Source: a bacterium
GTDB taxonomy: Bacteria; Electryoneota; Electryoneia; Electryoneales; Electryoneaceae
Assembly (NCBI GenBank): GCA_963675295.2
Contig: CAXXKJ010000002.1
Location: 2,688,001-2,752,000 of the forward strand
Direction: 5' to 3'
Length of the DNA stretch: 64,000 nt
The stretch's first letter is position 1. Every line of letters starts with the position of its first letter. The notes under the pieces are model-generated. The model saw only the letters and a list, made by a program, of their open reading frames with translations. It made no database searches and had not been told where the DNA came from. Made by a program: the position numbers and the translations under genes. Shown piece after piece: positions 27,645-37,545 of this stretch.

Positions 27645-28031
27645 ATGCGACGCATCGTCCGCACAGACACCGCTCCCGGCGCGATTGGGCCGTACAACCA
27701 GGCTGTCGTCGCCAGCGGCAGCTTCCTGTTCACCGCCGGGCAGATTCCACTGCACCCGACGAACGGCGAGATTGTCGGCACAACCATTGAGGAACAGACT
27801 GAACAGGCGCTGAAGAATCTGAAGGCGGTTGTCGAGGCTGGTGGATCGTCGCTGGAGAATGTGATCAAGACCACCGTTTTCCTCAAGGACATGAACGATT
27901 TCGTCGCGATGAACGGCGTGTACCAATCATTCTTCTCCGGCGAGGCACCGGCCCGCAGCGCGGTCGAAGTCGCCCGTCTCCCGAAGGATGTGCTTGTCGA
28001 GATCGAATGCGTGGCGTTAGTCAACGCATGA
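27645..28031 (+). CDS. ridA: RidA family reactive intermediate deaminase
   Basis: APGAIGPYNQA, GQIP, PARSAVEVARLPKDVLVEIE. Confidence 0.95.
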   Translation: MRRIVRTDTAPGAIGPYNQAVVASGSFLFTAGQIPLHPTNGEIVGTTIEEQTEQALKNLKAVVEAGGSSLENVIKTTVFLKDMNDFVAMNGVYQSFFSGEAPARSAVEVARLPKDVLVEIECVALVNA

Positions 28032-28642
28032 GCTTGCTTCGTCTGACAGCGTTTGCCGTGCTCACCGCCGTGATTCTCACCGGTGGTGGGATTTCCTCTG
28101 TCTTCGCCCAGGCTCCTCCGGACACATCGGCAACAGCGGCTCCAGTGGTCGCCACTCCTGATCCCGCTGAAACGGTTGACGGTGACTCTGACACCCTGAA
28201 AGTCGTCATGAACGAGGAACAGTCAATTAGCCGCGGCGGCCACATGACCAAGGACCCGACCTGGGCGGCTTTGCGCAGCGTCGTGCTGCCGGGCTGGGGG
28301 CAGGCGTATACCGAAAACTGGATCAAGGCGATTGTCTTTGCCGGCGTGGATGTCGGCCTGATTTACGGGGCGTATGTGCAGCACGATCGCTACGTCACCG
28401 CGTTGGACGACTCGAAGAACACGAAGACCGATGACGAACGGGAAATACTTGAACGTTCGGCCAATTTCTACCGTGATGATCGTAACAAATTGCTGTGGTA
28501 TGTTGCCGGTGTGATCTTACTATCTTCTCTCGATGCGTATGTCGAGGCTCACCTCTACGACTTCCATATCGACCCGATCCTGGAAACTCCTCCGAACAAC
28601 GATGGTGTACAGGCTGGGATTCGGATTACTTTCACGTTCTGA
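28028..28642 (+). CDS. Exported/membrane protein, DUF5683-like
   Basis: Signal peptide; P.WAALRS.VLPGWGQ.Y and LDAYVEAHL.DF motifs. Confidence 0.75.
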   Translation: MSLLRLTAFAVLTAVILTGGGISSVFAQAPPDTSATAAPVVATPDPAETVDGDSDTLKVVMNEEQSISRGGHMTKDPTWAALRSVVLPGWGQAYTENWIKAIVFAGVDVGLIYGAYVQHDRYVTALDDSKNTKTDDEREILERSANFYRDDRNKLLWYVAGVILLSSLDAYVEAHLYDFHIDPILETPPNNDGVQAGIRITFTF

Positions 28643-28684
28643 TAGCGACGCAGTTTTCGTCCACCAGCAGGTAGCTGATCCATC

Positions 28685-29773
28685 ATGGCGGATACCACAT
28701 CCACCAAGGTTCAAGTGATGTCGTCCGGCAGGGTCCACGAGTCCGTCGGCGTGCTGCACATGCACACGCTCTATTCGGACGGAACGGGCACAGTCGGCGA
28801 GATCGCCCGTTTCGCAGGCGAGCGTGATCTCCAGTGGCTGATCATCACCGATCATTGCCATATGGAGGCGTACAAGCGTGGCGAATATGGCTTGTACAAC
28901 GGCGTCTGGGTGCTGATCGGAACCGAGCTCGGTGATGAAGACCTGCCGAACCATTACCTGACCTATGGCATCACCGACTTGCCCGACCAGTCCGACCCGG
29001 TGGAGATGGTTCGTGGCGTTCATGAACGCGGCGGCTTCGGCGCAATCGCCCATCCGCATGAACGCCGGGCCGAGTTTGAGGACATGCCGCCGTATCCATG
29101 GACGGCGTGGGACGCCCCCATTGACGGGATCGAGATCTGGAATCAGCTGTCGCAGTGGGTTGAAGGGCTGACCCATTCGAACAAGTACCATCGATTCCTG
29201 CACCCGTTGAAGAGCCTGACTCAGCCCGATCCCGACACGTTGCGGATCTGGGACGAAATGAACCTCAGGCATCCGGTGGTCGGGTATGTCGGGGTGGATG
29301 CGCACGCATTGAACTATCCCGTTTTCAACGGAATGATCCGTGTGCGGGTGTTTCCGTACAAAGTGCAGTTCCGCAGTCTGCTGACCCATTTGTTGCTCGA
29401 CGAGCCGTTGCACCCCAGCGACTACGAAATCGCCAACGGGCAGATCCTGACAGCGTTACGCAACGGCCGGCATTTCGGGGCGAATCATCGTGCCGGAGAC
29501 GCTCGCGGGTTCCGTTTCACCGCGACACAGGGCGGCATGGAGTACCTGCCGATCAGCACGCTGATGGCTGGTGAACCGATTCAATTCAACGTCTCCACCC
29601 CGCTTCATGGACGGATTTACCTGCTGCGGAACGGTCAGTTACTGATGCGGGCTCGCGGGCAGTCGTTGACCTACGAAAGCGCGCAGCCTGGAGTGTACCG
29701 GGTGGAAGTGTACCGGCGTGGTCGCGGGTGGATCTTCAGCAATCCGTTCCGGGTTGTGTCATCCGGCGAATAG
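28685..29773 (+). CDS. PHP-domain metallohydrolase (CehA/McbA-like)
   Basis: LHMHTLYSDG, ITDH, IAHP, GIEIWN, GVDAH; C-terminal YRVEV...WIFSNP. Confidence 0.85.
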   Translation: MADTTSTKVQVMSSGRVHESVGVLHMHTLYSDGTGTVGEIARFAGERDLQWLIITDHCHMEAYKRGEYGLYNGVWVLIGTELGDEDLPNHYLTYGITDLPDQSDPVEMVRGVHERGGFGAIAHPHERRAEFEDMPPYPWTAWDAPIDGIEIWNQLSQWVEGLTHSNKYHRFLHPLKSLTQPDPDTLRIWDEMNLRHPVVGYVGVDAHALNYPVFNGMIRVRVFPYKVQFRSLLTHLLLDEPLHPSDYEIANGQILTALRNGRHFGANHRAGDARGFRFTATQGGMEYLPISTLMAGEPIQFNVSTPLHGRIYLLRNGQLLMRARGQSLTYESAQPGVYRVEVYRRGRGWIFSNPFRVVSSGE

Positions 29774-29889
29774 GGTAGCATCCCAGGTGACCGGCGAACT
29801 CCGTACCCCTGATTGCCGCCTCAAGCTGTACGTCCTATCTTCCGATGGAAAACCAAGCGCTAGCGCCAACTGCAGGTGACTGAACACGC

Positions 29890-30426
29890 ATGGACGAACT
29901 CGCACCAGTCGCACACTTTTTCCAATCCCGGGGTCTTCAGTTCTGGGACGTGTTCGCTGTGCTGGTGCTGTTCGGTTTCCTGATTGCGGCGTTCATGCTC
30001 GCGTTGCGTGAGCACCGGATGCGTGAGAAAGCCAAGCAGCTAGTCCGCAGACGCTACACTCCCCCGCCTGGCAAGGGTTCGCGCCGCTTACATCCCCGGC
30101 TGCTGGTTCGGATTCCCGCCCGTGTGATGGTGGAAAAGTCGCGCAATGTGATCGAAGCGGAAGTGCTGGATGTATCCGCCGGCGGGATTCGCTTGCTGCT
30201 GTTTCAGGCTCCACGCGCCCTGCAGATTGGTGAACACATCGATTTAATGGCACGAGACCCGTTGTTCCTCGAGATGGATCAACCTGCGCGAGCGTATATC
30301 GTGCGGACACGTCCGGGTCCGCGCGCCGACACTCCCACCATCCACGGTGAGTGGCAGGGGCTGGCGCCGGAGATGCGACGGAAGCTGAGCCGTGAGATCC
30401 GTCAACGGTTGCTCCACGACATGTAA
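29890..30426 (+). CDS. Membrane-anchored PilZ-domain (c-di-GMP binding) protein
   Basis: N-terminal TM; RRLHPR (RxxxR) and DVSAGG (DxSxxG) motifs. Confidence 0.85.
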   Translation: MDELAPVAHFFQSRGLQFWDVFAVLVLFGFLIAAFMLALREHRMREKAKQLVRRRYTPPPGKGSRRLHPRLLVRIPARVMVEKSRNVIEAEVLDVSAGGIRLLLFQAPRALQIGEHIDLMARDPLFLEMDQPARAYIVRTRPGPRADTPTIHGEWQGLAPEMRRKLSREIRQRLLHDM

Positions 30427-30486
30427 CCGGCAGATTCCTGTTTTACCTTACGACGATCATTTCAATACTTACGGATAGAGTGTCCC

Positions 30487-31545
30487 ATGAGTGAGCCGAC
30501 AGCCGAGCAGTATACACTGGAAGAATTGAAGAACCTGCCCAAGACTGACCTGCATTGTCATCTGGACGGGTCGCTACGAGTGAGCACGATGCTCGAGCTC
30601 GCTGAACAACGCAAGGTGAACCTGCCGGGCGACGATGAGGACAGCCTGCATAGCTATCTCCTGCGTGGAACGCGTCAAGGCTCACTCGGCGCCTACCTCG
30701 AAGCGTTCGACATCACATTGTCGGTGATGCAGCATGAAGAGGACATCGCCCGCATCGCGACGGAACTGTGTGAGGATGCGTGGGAAGATGGAGTCTGGTA
30801 CCTCGAGGTGCGGTTCTCCCCGATTCTGCACCAGAAGAACGGGTTGCCGATCGTCAAGGTGATGGACGCCGTGCTCGACGGGCTGCGCGAAGGCGAGAAG
30901 AAAACGGGCATCCGTACCGGTGTGATTGTTTGTGGGATCCGGTCGATTGATCCGATCAGCTCGCTACGGCTTGCGGAATTGTCGATTGCATATAAAGGCC
31001 GCGGCGTTGTCGGGTTCGACCTCGCGGGGCAGGAAGACTCCTACCCGGCAAAGGATCATGCGGACGCGTTTTACCTGATCCGTACGAACAACATTCCGTG
31101 CACGGTGCACGCCGGCGAGGCGTACGGACCGGTCAGCATCCGGCAGGCCTTGCATGATTTGAACGCTCACCGTATCGGCCATGGGACGCGCCTGGTTGAG
31201 GATGGCGACTTGCTGAATTACGTCAACAATCACCGCATACCTCTCGAGTGCTGCTTGACGTCAAATGTTGACGTTGGCGCGGTTTCAAGTTTGGAACAGC
31301 ACCCGTTGAAGTTTTACTTTGATCAAGGCTTGCGTGTGACGGTGAATACGGACAACCGTCTCATGTCAGACACTTCGGTCACCCGGGAACTAATGCTGGC
31401 GCAGGAGAAGCTCGGGTTCAACCGCCATGAAATCGACGACTTGATCATCATGGGATTCAAGTCGGCCTTTCTGCCCTACCGGGAACGGCGACAACTGCTC
31501 GCGAAGGTGCTGAATGCTATCAACCGCCCGATTATCCCGTTCTAG
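30487..31545 (+). CDS. add: Adenosine deaminase
   Basis: LPKTDLHCHLDGS, YLEVRFSP, GFDLAG, TVHAGE, RIGHG, ECCLTSN, VNTDN. Confidence 0.95.
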   Translation: MSEPTAEQYTLEELKNLPKTDLHCHLDGSLRVSTMLELAEQRKVNLPGDDEDSLHSYLLRGTRQGSLGAYLEAFDITLSVMQHEEDIARIATELCEDAWEDGVWYLEVRFSPILHQKNGLPIVKVMDAVLDGLREGEKKTGIRTGVIVCGIRSIDPISSLRLAELSIAYKGRGVVGFDLAGQEDSYPAKDHADAFYLIRTNNIPCTVHAGEAYGPVSIRQALHDLNAHRIGHGTRLVEDGDLLNYVNNHRIPLECCLTSNVDVGAVSSLEQHPLKFYFDQGLRVTVNTDNRLMSDTSVTRELMLAQEKLGFNRHEIDDLIIMGFKSAFLPYRERRQLLAKVLNAINRPIIPF

Positions 31546-32182
31546 TCTCGCGCTGCTTGGATTGTTTCTGCTTGCAATTGTCGCCGGCTGCCCGGACAGT
31601 GTCGCCCCACCCCAGCCCTTCACCGGCGAATCCATTGACGATCTGGATGATATTCGTCGATTCTACCCGATGGCAGAAGGATCGATCTGGCGTTACAACG
31701 CCTCCGGTGATGTGACGTTTGAGTATGAGATTGTTGAGATGGGTGAAAAAAATGGGGGGCCTACGGCAACGCTGTTCGTCACCGTTGAAGGCTCCGGGTA
31801 CGACGAATACATGCGTTGGAGCGGGGAAAACCTGCTTTCATCGGTAAGCGGTGATTTTACCAGCGAGTCGAAGGAACTGGACGGACCGTTCTATGAAGGC
31901 GCGCGCTGGCGAAAGACGGACCAGTCCAGTGGCGACTACGTTTTCTACATCGATAGTGAAATCCTCGATTTACACTACCCGGTATCTGTTCCTGCCGGCG
32001 AGTTTGAGAGCCTGCTGGTTCGGGAGGTGAGATACACCTTCAATCCGGTGTCCGGCGAGAGTTCCGACACGACCTACGTTTACTTTGTCCAGGACTACGG
32101 CATCGTGAAATGGGATATTGCCGGGTTGCTCTACGAGTTGACCGATTATCTCCCTGGTGAGGGAGAAAACGGCGACGAGTGA
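31514..32182 (+). CDS. Hypothetical lipoprotein
   Basis: Lipobox VAGC; YPM..G..W.Y and V.VPAG.F motifs common to beta-rich lipoproteins. Confidence 0.75.
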   Translation: MLSTARLSRSSLALLGLFLLAIVAGCPDSVAPPQPFTGESIDDLDDIRRFYPMAEGSIWRYNASGDVTFEYEIVEMGEKNGGPTATLFVTVEGSGYDEYMRWSGENLLSSVSGDFTSESKELDGPFYEGARWRKTDQSSGDYVFYIDSEILDLHYPVSVPAGEFESLLVREVRYTFNPVSGESSDTTYVYFVQDYGIVKWDIAGLLYELTDYLPGEGENGDE

Positions 32183-32223
32183 GAGTACGCTGGGTAGCCA
32201 TTCATTTGACAGGTGTGTTTCCG

Positions 32224-32901
32224 ATGGTCCGAACCTACACGTTGATCCTGATTCTTGCCTTGGTTGTGTGCGCAATCCCGGCGCACGCCGCCCCCTTTTC
32301 CATCGCCCGAGTCCATTATGATGGCGGCGGCGACTGGTACGGCGACCCGTCTTCGCTGGTCAACCTGCAGGAGTACGTGCAACGGACCCTGGGGATCGAT
32401 GTCACGGACAAAGAAGTAACGGTTCGGCTCACGGATGACGACCTGTTCCGCCATCCCTACCTGTATATGACCGGGCACGGCAACGTCCGTTTCAGTAACG
32501 AGGAAGCGTCACGGCTGCGTGAGTACCTCCTCGGCGGTGGATTCATGCACGTGGACGACAATTACGGCCTCGATGACTCGTTCCGCCGTGAGCTGAAGAA
32601 AGTCTTTCCGGATCGTGACCTGGTTGAAGTCCCGTTTGATCATCCACTCTACAGCACCGTGTTCCCCTTCCCCAACGGTCTGCCGAAGATTCATGAGCAC
32701 GACGGCGAGCCAGCGCAAGGCTTTGCGATCATCAACGATGGCCGGGTGGTGCTGTTCTACAGCTACCAGAGCGATCTTGGGGATGGTTGGGAAGACCTGG
32801 ATGTCCACAACCTCACCCCGGAAAAACACGAAGCCGCGTTGAAGATGGGCGTGAATTTGATCGCGTACGCCTTAAGCGGCCAGCCGGAAGCGTTACCGTA
32901 A
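32224..32901 (+). CDS. DUF4159-domain secreted protein
   Basis: Y.GGGDWY, PYLYMTGHG, GGF..VDDNY, GLPKIHEHD, DLGDGWED, MGVN. Confidence 0.88.
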   Translation: MVRTYTLILILALVVCAIPAHAAPFSIARVHYDGGGDWYGDPSSLVNLQEYVQRTLGIDVTDKEVTVRLTDDDLFRHPYLYMTGHGNVRFSNEEASRLREYLLGGGFMHVDDNYGLDDSFRRELKKVFPDRDLVEVPFDHPLYSTVFPFPNGLPKIHEHDGEPAQGFAIINDGRVVLFYSYQSDLGDGWEDLDVHNLTPEKHEAALKMGVNLIAYALSGQPEALP

Positions 32902-33004
32902 GCTGCCTTCTACGACTCTCCCCTTTTCCCTGTTTCCCGTTGAACCCGCCCTGCTACCGGTCTAGCTTGCCGATTCGGCATGCCAAACACTACCGGGAGA
33001 AAGC

Positions 33005-33736
33005 ATGGATCTGACACGGAGCGAGATTGGTCTAGCGGTCAAGGACCTGGAAGCTGAAATCGCCTTCTTCGAAAAGCTGGGCTTCAAGGCCTGCGAGAAC
33101 CAGGCTGAGAATCCTGCCCCGCATCGGATCATGACCGACGGGCGTCTCATACTCGGTCTCTATCAGCTGGAGTTTCAATCTCCGTTGGCTGGCTACTATT
33201 GCGAGGATATCGTCTGGGAGGTTCAGCAGCTGCGCAAGGCCGGCCTCGAGGTGCAGGAATTCCCGGATTCCTCCGGCAGCCTGGAGGCGGCGGTGGCACA
33301 AAGTCCGTCTGGTGTGCCCCTGTTTCTACAGCCCGGGTGGGTGTTCAAACATCCAGAACGGGTTGAGCCGTTTTCCCGTGCCGGCGTCTTCGGTGAACTG
33401 GCGATCCCGGTGAAGGACTACGAGGCCGAGGCGGACTTCTGGATCAAGGCAGGATTCGAGTATCGTGGCGGGCCATACACTGAACCGGAACACTGGGGTA
33501 TCCTCGGCGATCCTTCGCTGTCGGTCGGTATTCATCAGACGGACAACTACGACCAACCCGCGCTGACCTTCTTCTCAATGCAGCAGAAGGACCTGCTCTA
33601 CGATCTCGCGGTTGATGGTGCCGAGTTTCAGTGGACCACGCTGGACAAGGACCGCAACATCGTCAACGGTGCGTTGTTGACCCCCAATGGCTTCCTTGTC
33701 TTCCTCTTCACTGGTGACCTCAGCGACTTCGAGTGA
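33005..33736 (+). CDS. VOC/glyoxalase-like protein (two domains)
   Basis: Repeated EIGLAVKDLE...FFEKLGF / ELAIPVKDYE...FWIKAGF units. Confidence 0.75.
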   Translation: MDLTRSEIGLAVKDLEAEIAFFEKLGFKACENQAENPAPHRIMTDGRLILGLYQLEFQSPLAGYYCEDIVWEVQQLRKAGLEVQEFPDSSGSLEAAVAQSPSGVPLFLQPGWVFKHPERVEPFSRAGVFGELAIPVKDYEAEADFWIKAGFEYRGGPYTEPEHWGILGDPSLSVGIHQTDNYDQPALTFFSMQQKDLLYDLAVDGAEFQWTTLDKDRNIVNGALLTPNGFLVFLFTGDLSDFE

Positions 33737-33745
33737 GTTGCAACG

Positions 33746-33777
33746 AAAAAGCGGACGCTGATCGACTCAGCGTCCGC
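33746..33777 (-). terminator. Intrinsic terminator between convergent genes
   Basis: 11-bp stem GCGGACGCTGA/TCAGCGTCCGC with a U-tract on the minus strand. Confidence 0.8.
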
Positions 33778-33802
33778 CGTACAGCGAAACCCACGATCAG
33801 GT

Positions 33803-34285
33803 TCAGGCTTCGATCTTCAAACCAGTCGGCGAGAAGAAATACTCCGGGTTCGGGCACACATGATCCGGTTCGCCTTCTTCATGTTCTTCGTGTTCAGCGG
33901 TTGCGTATGGGTCACGCAGCTGCAGCTTGCCCTGGATGGTGACGTTGTGGTCAACGCAGTCTTCCGGGAAGATGAACGACTTGTCCGCAGTCTGAATGAT
34001 CAGGCCTTCGCTGTCCGGACCACGATCCAACGAAATCCAGCAGCCGGAGCCACCGCAACGGCCAATCACCTTGCCGCTGATCACCACGGTCTTGTCGAGA
34101 TAGTCATCCGGGGCCGCCATCATGTCGTCAATGGAGGTCACATCAGCAATGGTGATTTCCTGGCCGACGACCTTTGCGTCGGTCGCATGAGTGTCTTCCG
34201 TCATCTCGGCGCTCTTTTCGCCCGTCGAACAGGCCACCAACGCCAGAACCATGATTCCCAAAACAATCGTCTTCAGCAACTTCAT
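33803..34285 (-). CDS. OB-fold lipoprotein, DUF4920-like
   Basis: Lipobox LVAC; V.ISGKV..RCGGSGCWI motif. Start MKLLK at 34285. Confidence 0.7.
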   Translation of the reverse strand: MKLLKTIVLGIMVLALVACSTGEKSAEMTEDTHATDAKVVGQEITIADVTSIDDMMAAPDDYLDKTVVISGKVIGRCGGSGCWISLDRGPDSEGLIIQTADKSFIFPEDCVDHNVTIQGKLQLRDPYATAEHEEHEEGEPDHVCPNPEYFFSPTGLKIEA

Positions 34286-34338
34286 GCCACTCTCTCCGTA
34301 ACGTCGTCGTTTTCTGGACCCAATGTCCGCCCTCTGAT

Positions 34339-34866
34339 TCACCACACGTTGGGCATGCCGGGGCTCGTATCCTTCAAAGTCTGCTCCAACCTGCGGTTGA
34401 GCAGGGTAACATGACTCATCTCTTCCTTGATGATGCTGTCGACCTTTTTCTGGCCGAGGTCTTCCGGCATCAGGATCTTGATTCCGGAATAAAAGGCGAT
34501 GGTGTCTTTCTCGAGCAGGATCGCGGTGCGCAGAATGTCCGCCAGCGGTTCCTCGCCCTTGAGGTGCCGTGAAGGATCACCCTCAACGCCAAACACCTTG
34601 CCATGCATCATCGCCTGGATGTACTGACCCGCTTCCCCCTGCGGATCATAAATGCCTTCTCCGAACTCTTTTGCGGCGATCCGTTCACGCATGCGAATGA
34701 ACACGCGCTCGTGATCATCTTCCATCGCCGCCAGTTCGAGCAGCATCTCGGTGGCGATATTCGCTTCGAAATTCTTTGCGGCGGTGCGGTAGTACCGTGC
34801 ACCGTTACGTTCCATCTGTTCCGCCATTTCGAAGACTTCATCGATGTTGTAAATCTGGTCCGCCAT
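34339..34866 (-). CDS. Ferritin/rubrerythrin-family diiron protein
   Basis: AEQMERNG..YY, LA.ME.DH, AI.LEKDT..FY, EE..H motifs. Confidence 0.9.
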   Translation of the reverse strand: MADQIYNIDEVFEMAEQMERNGARYYRTAAKNFEANIATEMLLELAAMEDDHERVFIRMRERIAAKEFGEGIYDPQGEAGQYIQAMMHGKVFGVEGDPSRHLKGEEPLADILRTAILLEKDTIAFYSGIKILMPEDLGQKKVDSIIKEEMSHVTLLNRRLEQTLKDTSPGMPNVW

Positions 34867-34923
34867 GAATCGCTCCGCGCTGGGGGAAATATTGTGTGTT
34901 CGTTCCGCGAAATATAACGCTCG

Positions 34924-34941
34924 TTGTTATGCTTTTCACAC
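34924..34941. promoter_or_regulatory. Rex-like operator
   Basis: TTGTTATGCTTTTCACAC versus the Rex consensus TTGTGAA-N4-TTCACAA. Confidence 0.4.
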
Positions 34942-35098
34942 AACCGGGCTCGGCAAGCCGGGTTTGGTCGTGCACAAGTAAAGATGGGGACATCTGAACG
35001 GATCAAACAACATCACTCGCAGGCATTGTTCAGGCTCAACATATGAACTTTCAACGAGTACGTTGCTTCAAACCGCTCAGTTGTCCCCGAGTCATGAA

Positions 35099-35623
35099 TT
35101 ACAGATTGTAGAAATGAAGATCAGCACCGGAGGCGGAACGGACCATGGTCACGATCTGCCCGGTGTGATAACTGAAATGCTCGACCACGTGAATGCATGC
35201 GTTCAATGGCGTCGTGTCAAACGACTGGATGACCACCGGCCGGAGCCAGTCCTCATCCGAACGTGGCTGCAGCATGACCTCGCACGCCTGGTTGACCGTC
35301 GCTTCCAGCGCGTTGTACAGCGTCCATTTGTCCGCACCGTCGTCCGCGGCGAATTCGGCGTCACGGTCGCGCCGGTCATCTTCCCCGCCGAGTCCATGGA
35401 TCATCCACTGGCGGATGTTTCCTTCCATGTGCAGCAGCAGGTTGCCGATACTGTTGACGCCGTCATTGGGACGCCGCCAGATGAGGTCATCGTCGGCGGT
35501 CGTCAGCGCTTCCCGAATCCATGGGAGGTAATACCCCTGGAGTTTGTTCACGAGCTCAGCAGGCAGCGCAGTCGCGACCCGTGTGTGACCGGTGACAGCT
35601 CGTTCGCCGGTGCGTGAGAGCAT
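35099..35623 (-). CDS. DinB/DUF1572-family protein
   Basis: W.RPN...NSIGNLLLHMEGNIRQW, RDRDAEF, HVVEHFSYHTGQI. Confidence 0.88.
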   Translation of the reverse strand: MLSRTGERAVTGHTRVATALPAELVNKLQGYYLPWIREALTTADDDLIWRRPNDGVNSIGNLLLHMEGNIRQWMIHGLGGEDDRRDRDAEFAADDGADKWTLYNALEATVNQACEVMLQPRSDEDWLRPVVIQSFDTTPLNACIHVVEHFSYHTGQIVTMVRSASGADLHFYNL

Positions 35624-35678
35624 GAACAGAATCTCCGTTGCGGAAACGCCCGCAGATGCGGGCGTGGGAAAAGTCTCG

Positions 35679-36683
35679 TCAGGCGGGTTGGACAACCAGC
35701 TGGTCGTCCGGCGTTTCGACATAGGCCCGCGCCGGCCCCTCGTACGCCTCTTCTTCCTGCAGCAGCGCTTCCTTCAACGAATGCAGCGCCACTTCAACCT
35801 GGGTCTCGTCCGGCTCACGGGTGGTAATACCCTGCAACCAGAATCCCGGTTTGACCAACGGCTGCCACAGCTTCTCTTCCGAATGCTTCTCGACCAGGCG
35901 CAGGACTTCATACGCCAGCCCCGCCACCAGTGGAATCGCGGGCAGGTGAATCAGCAGACGGGTGAAAATATTGCGGAAATCGCCGAGGTAGTAAATCCAG
36001 GCTGCATCAAACAGCGCGAACCCGATCATCGTCAGTACCGCCGCGAGCAGCAGGAAGCTTGTCCCGCAACGGGGGTGGAAACGGCTTTGGGCGCACGCAT
36101 TCGTCGTCTCCAGCGCGAGCAGCTTCTCCCACGCGAAGATCGACTTATGCTCAGCACCGTGGTACTGGAACACACGCTTGATGTCCGGCAGCAGCGAGAT
36201 ACCGTACATGTACAGCAGCAGCAGCGCGATGCGTAACGATCCGGCAACAGCGTGGAACAGGAACGGGTTCGACTCGACCGGCGTCGCCTCCGCAGCGGCG
36301 TACGGCACGAGCATGAACAGTCCAATCCCGAGCACAATCGAGAGGGTGAACGTAATCACCATCTCGAAAACCTGGCTCGCCTTGGACCGTTTCTTCTCCG
36401 AGTCGTCCGCGATCTCAGCGGACCACTTCAGAGCGTCCATGCCGATGCGTAACGCCTCCAGCAGACCCACCGCGCCCCGGATCACCGGCAAACCGAAGAT
36501 CTTGTTGCGCTTGGTGAGACTGATGAACGGAGCGCCGCGAGTGATGATCTCTCCCTCGGGATTGCGCACGGCGACCGCCACACGCCACGGGGAACGCATC
36601 ATCACGCCTTCAATCACGGCCTGTCCGCCCACCATCGGGCGCTTGCCGTTGCAAGTGGCTCCGTTTTGCTTCCCGGAGCTCAC
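35679..36683 (-). CDS. DUF1385-domain membrane protein
   Basis: [39 protein letters not shown]; typically follows rpmE. Confidence 0.93.
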   Translation of the reverse strand: MSSGKQNGATCNGKRPMVGGQAVIEGVMMRSPWRVAVAVRNPEGEIITRGAPFISLTKRNKIFGLPVIRGAVGLLEALRIGMDALKWSAEIADDSEKKRSKASQVFEMVITFTLSIVLGIGLFMLVPYAAAEATPVESNPFLFHAVAGSLRIALLLLYMYGISLLPDIKRVFQYHGAEHKSIFAWEKLLALETTNACAQSRFHPRCGTSFLLLAAVLTMIGFALFDAAWIYYLGDFRNIFTRLLIHLPAIPLVAGLAYEVLRLVEKHSEEKLWQPLVKPGFWLQGITTREPDETQVEVALHSLKEALLQEEEAYEGPARAYVETPDDQLVVQPA

Positions 36684-36892
36684 GCGCCCTGCTTCATGCC
36701 ATACTTGCGGTAGAACTTGTCAACACGGCCGGCGGTGTCGACCAGCTTCTGCTTGCCGGTAAAGAACGGGTGGCAGGCGGAGCAGATTTCAACCTTGATC
36801 TCGTCCGGCTGGGTGCTGCGGGTATGCCACTCATCGCCACAGGCGCAGGACACCTTGACGTAATGATACTTCGGGTGAATGCCGTCTTTCAT
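36680..36892 (-). CDS. rpmE: 50S ribosomal protein L31 (Zn-binding type)
   Basis: [13 protein letters not shown]...[24 protein letters not shown]. Confidence 0.98.
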   Translation of the reverse strand: MKDGIHPKYHYVKVSCACGDEWHTRSTQPDEIKVEICSACHPFFTGKQKLVDTAGRVDKFYRKYGMKQGA

Positions 36893-37081
36893 GGTACTAT
36901 CCTGAAACATGTTGTGAATACGAGAAACGAAAGGTACTAGGTCTTCCCGTACGAAACAAGCGATGGTACAGGTTCGGGAGACTCGACGCAAGGCGTCCGC
37001 CTCGCGTTCCTCTTGACCACTCGCACAAGCTGATCAGAGTTTCCACTCACCTGTAAGATACAATCAACCCGTGGAGGTTTC

Positions 37082-37384
37082 ATGGCCCTGCTAGCCATCA
37101 GTGTAGCACCCGGCGGAACCGGCGGCACCAGCGTCAGCGAGTATGTTGCCAGGGCGATCCAGGTCGCACGTGAGGACGGACGCGTCAACGTTGAGCTCGG
37201 CCCGATGTTCAGCACGCTGGAAGGATCGTTCGAGGATGTCTGGGATGTCGCCCGCAAGATGCACCAGTCGCTGGTCGATCAGGGCGCGCCACGGATCGCA
37301 ACCGTGATCAAGATCGACGACCGGCGCGACAAGGAATCGACGATGAAGAGTAAGGTGGCTGCGGTAAACTCCAAACTGGGTTGA
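37082..37384 (+). CDS. MTH1187/thiamine-binding family protein
   Basis: ISVAP.G...SVSEYVA, GPMFSTLEG, IKIDDRRDK...KV. Confidence 0.92.
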   Translation: MALLAISVAPGGTGGTSVSEYVARAIQVAREDGRVNVELGPMFSTLEGSFEDVWDVARKMHQSLVDQGAPRIATVIKIDDRRDKESTMKSKVAAVNSKLG

Positions 37385-37440
37385 ACTAGAAGTCGTCCGC
37401 TGTGAACTTGTTGGCGACCAGCACTTCTACTGAACAAAAC

Positions 37441-37468
37441 GGGGACACTTAACGGAGTAAGTGTCCCC
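37441..37468. repeat. REP-like palindrome, GGGACACTT family
   Basis: GGGGACACTTA-acggag-TAAGTGTCCCC; related copies at 62111 and 62151. Confidence 0.8.
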
Positions 37469-37475
37469 TCTATTT

Positions 37476-37545
37476 CCAGCACTTCTGTGCTTTCGACACA
37501 GTACTTCTGTACTCTCGACTTCGTACTTCTGTACGTACTTCCAGC
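37476..37545. repeat. Degenerate heptamer tandem repeat (GTACTTC-like)
   Basis: cagtacttctgtactctcgacttcgtacttctgtacgtacttc immediately after the nuoN stop. Confidence 0.65.
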
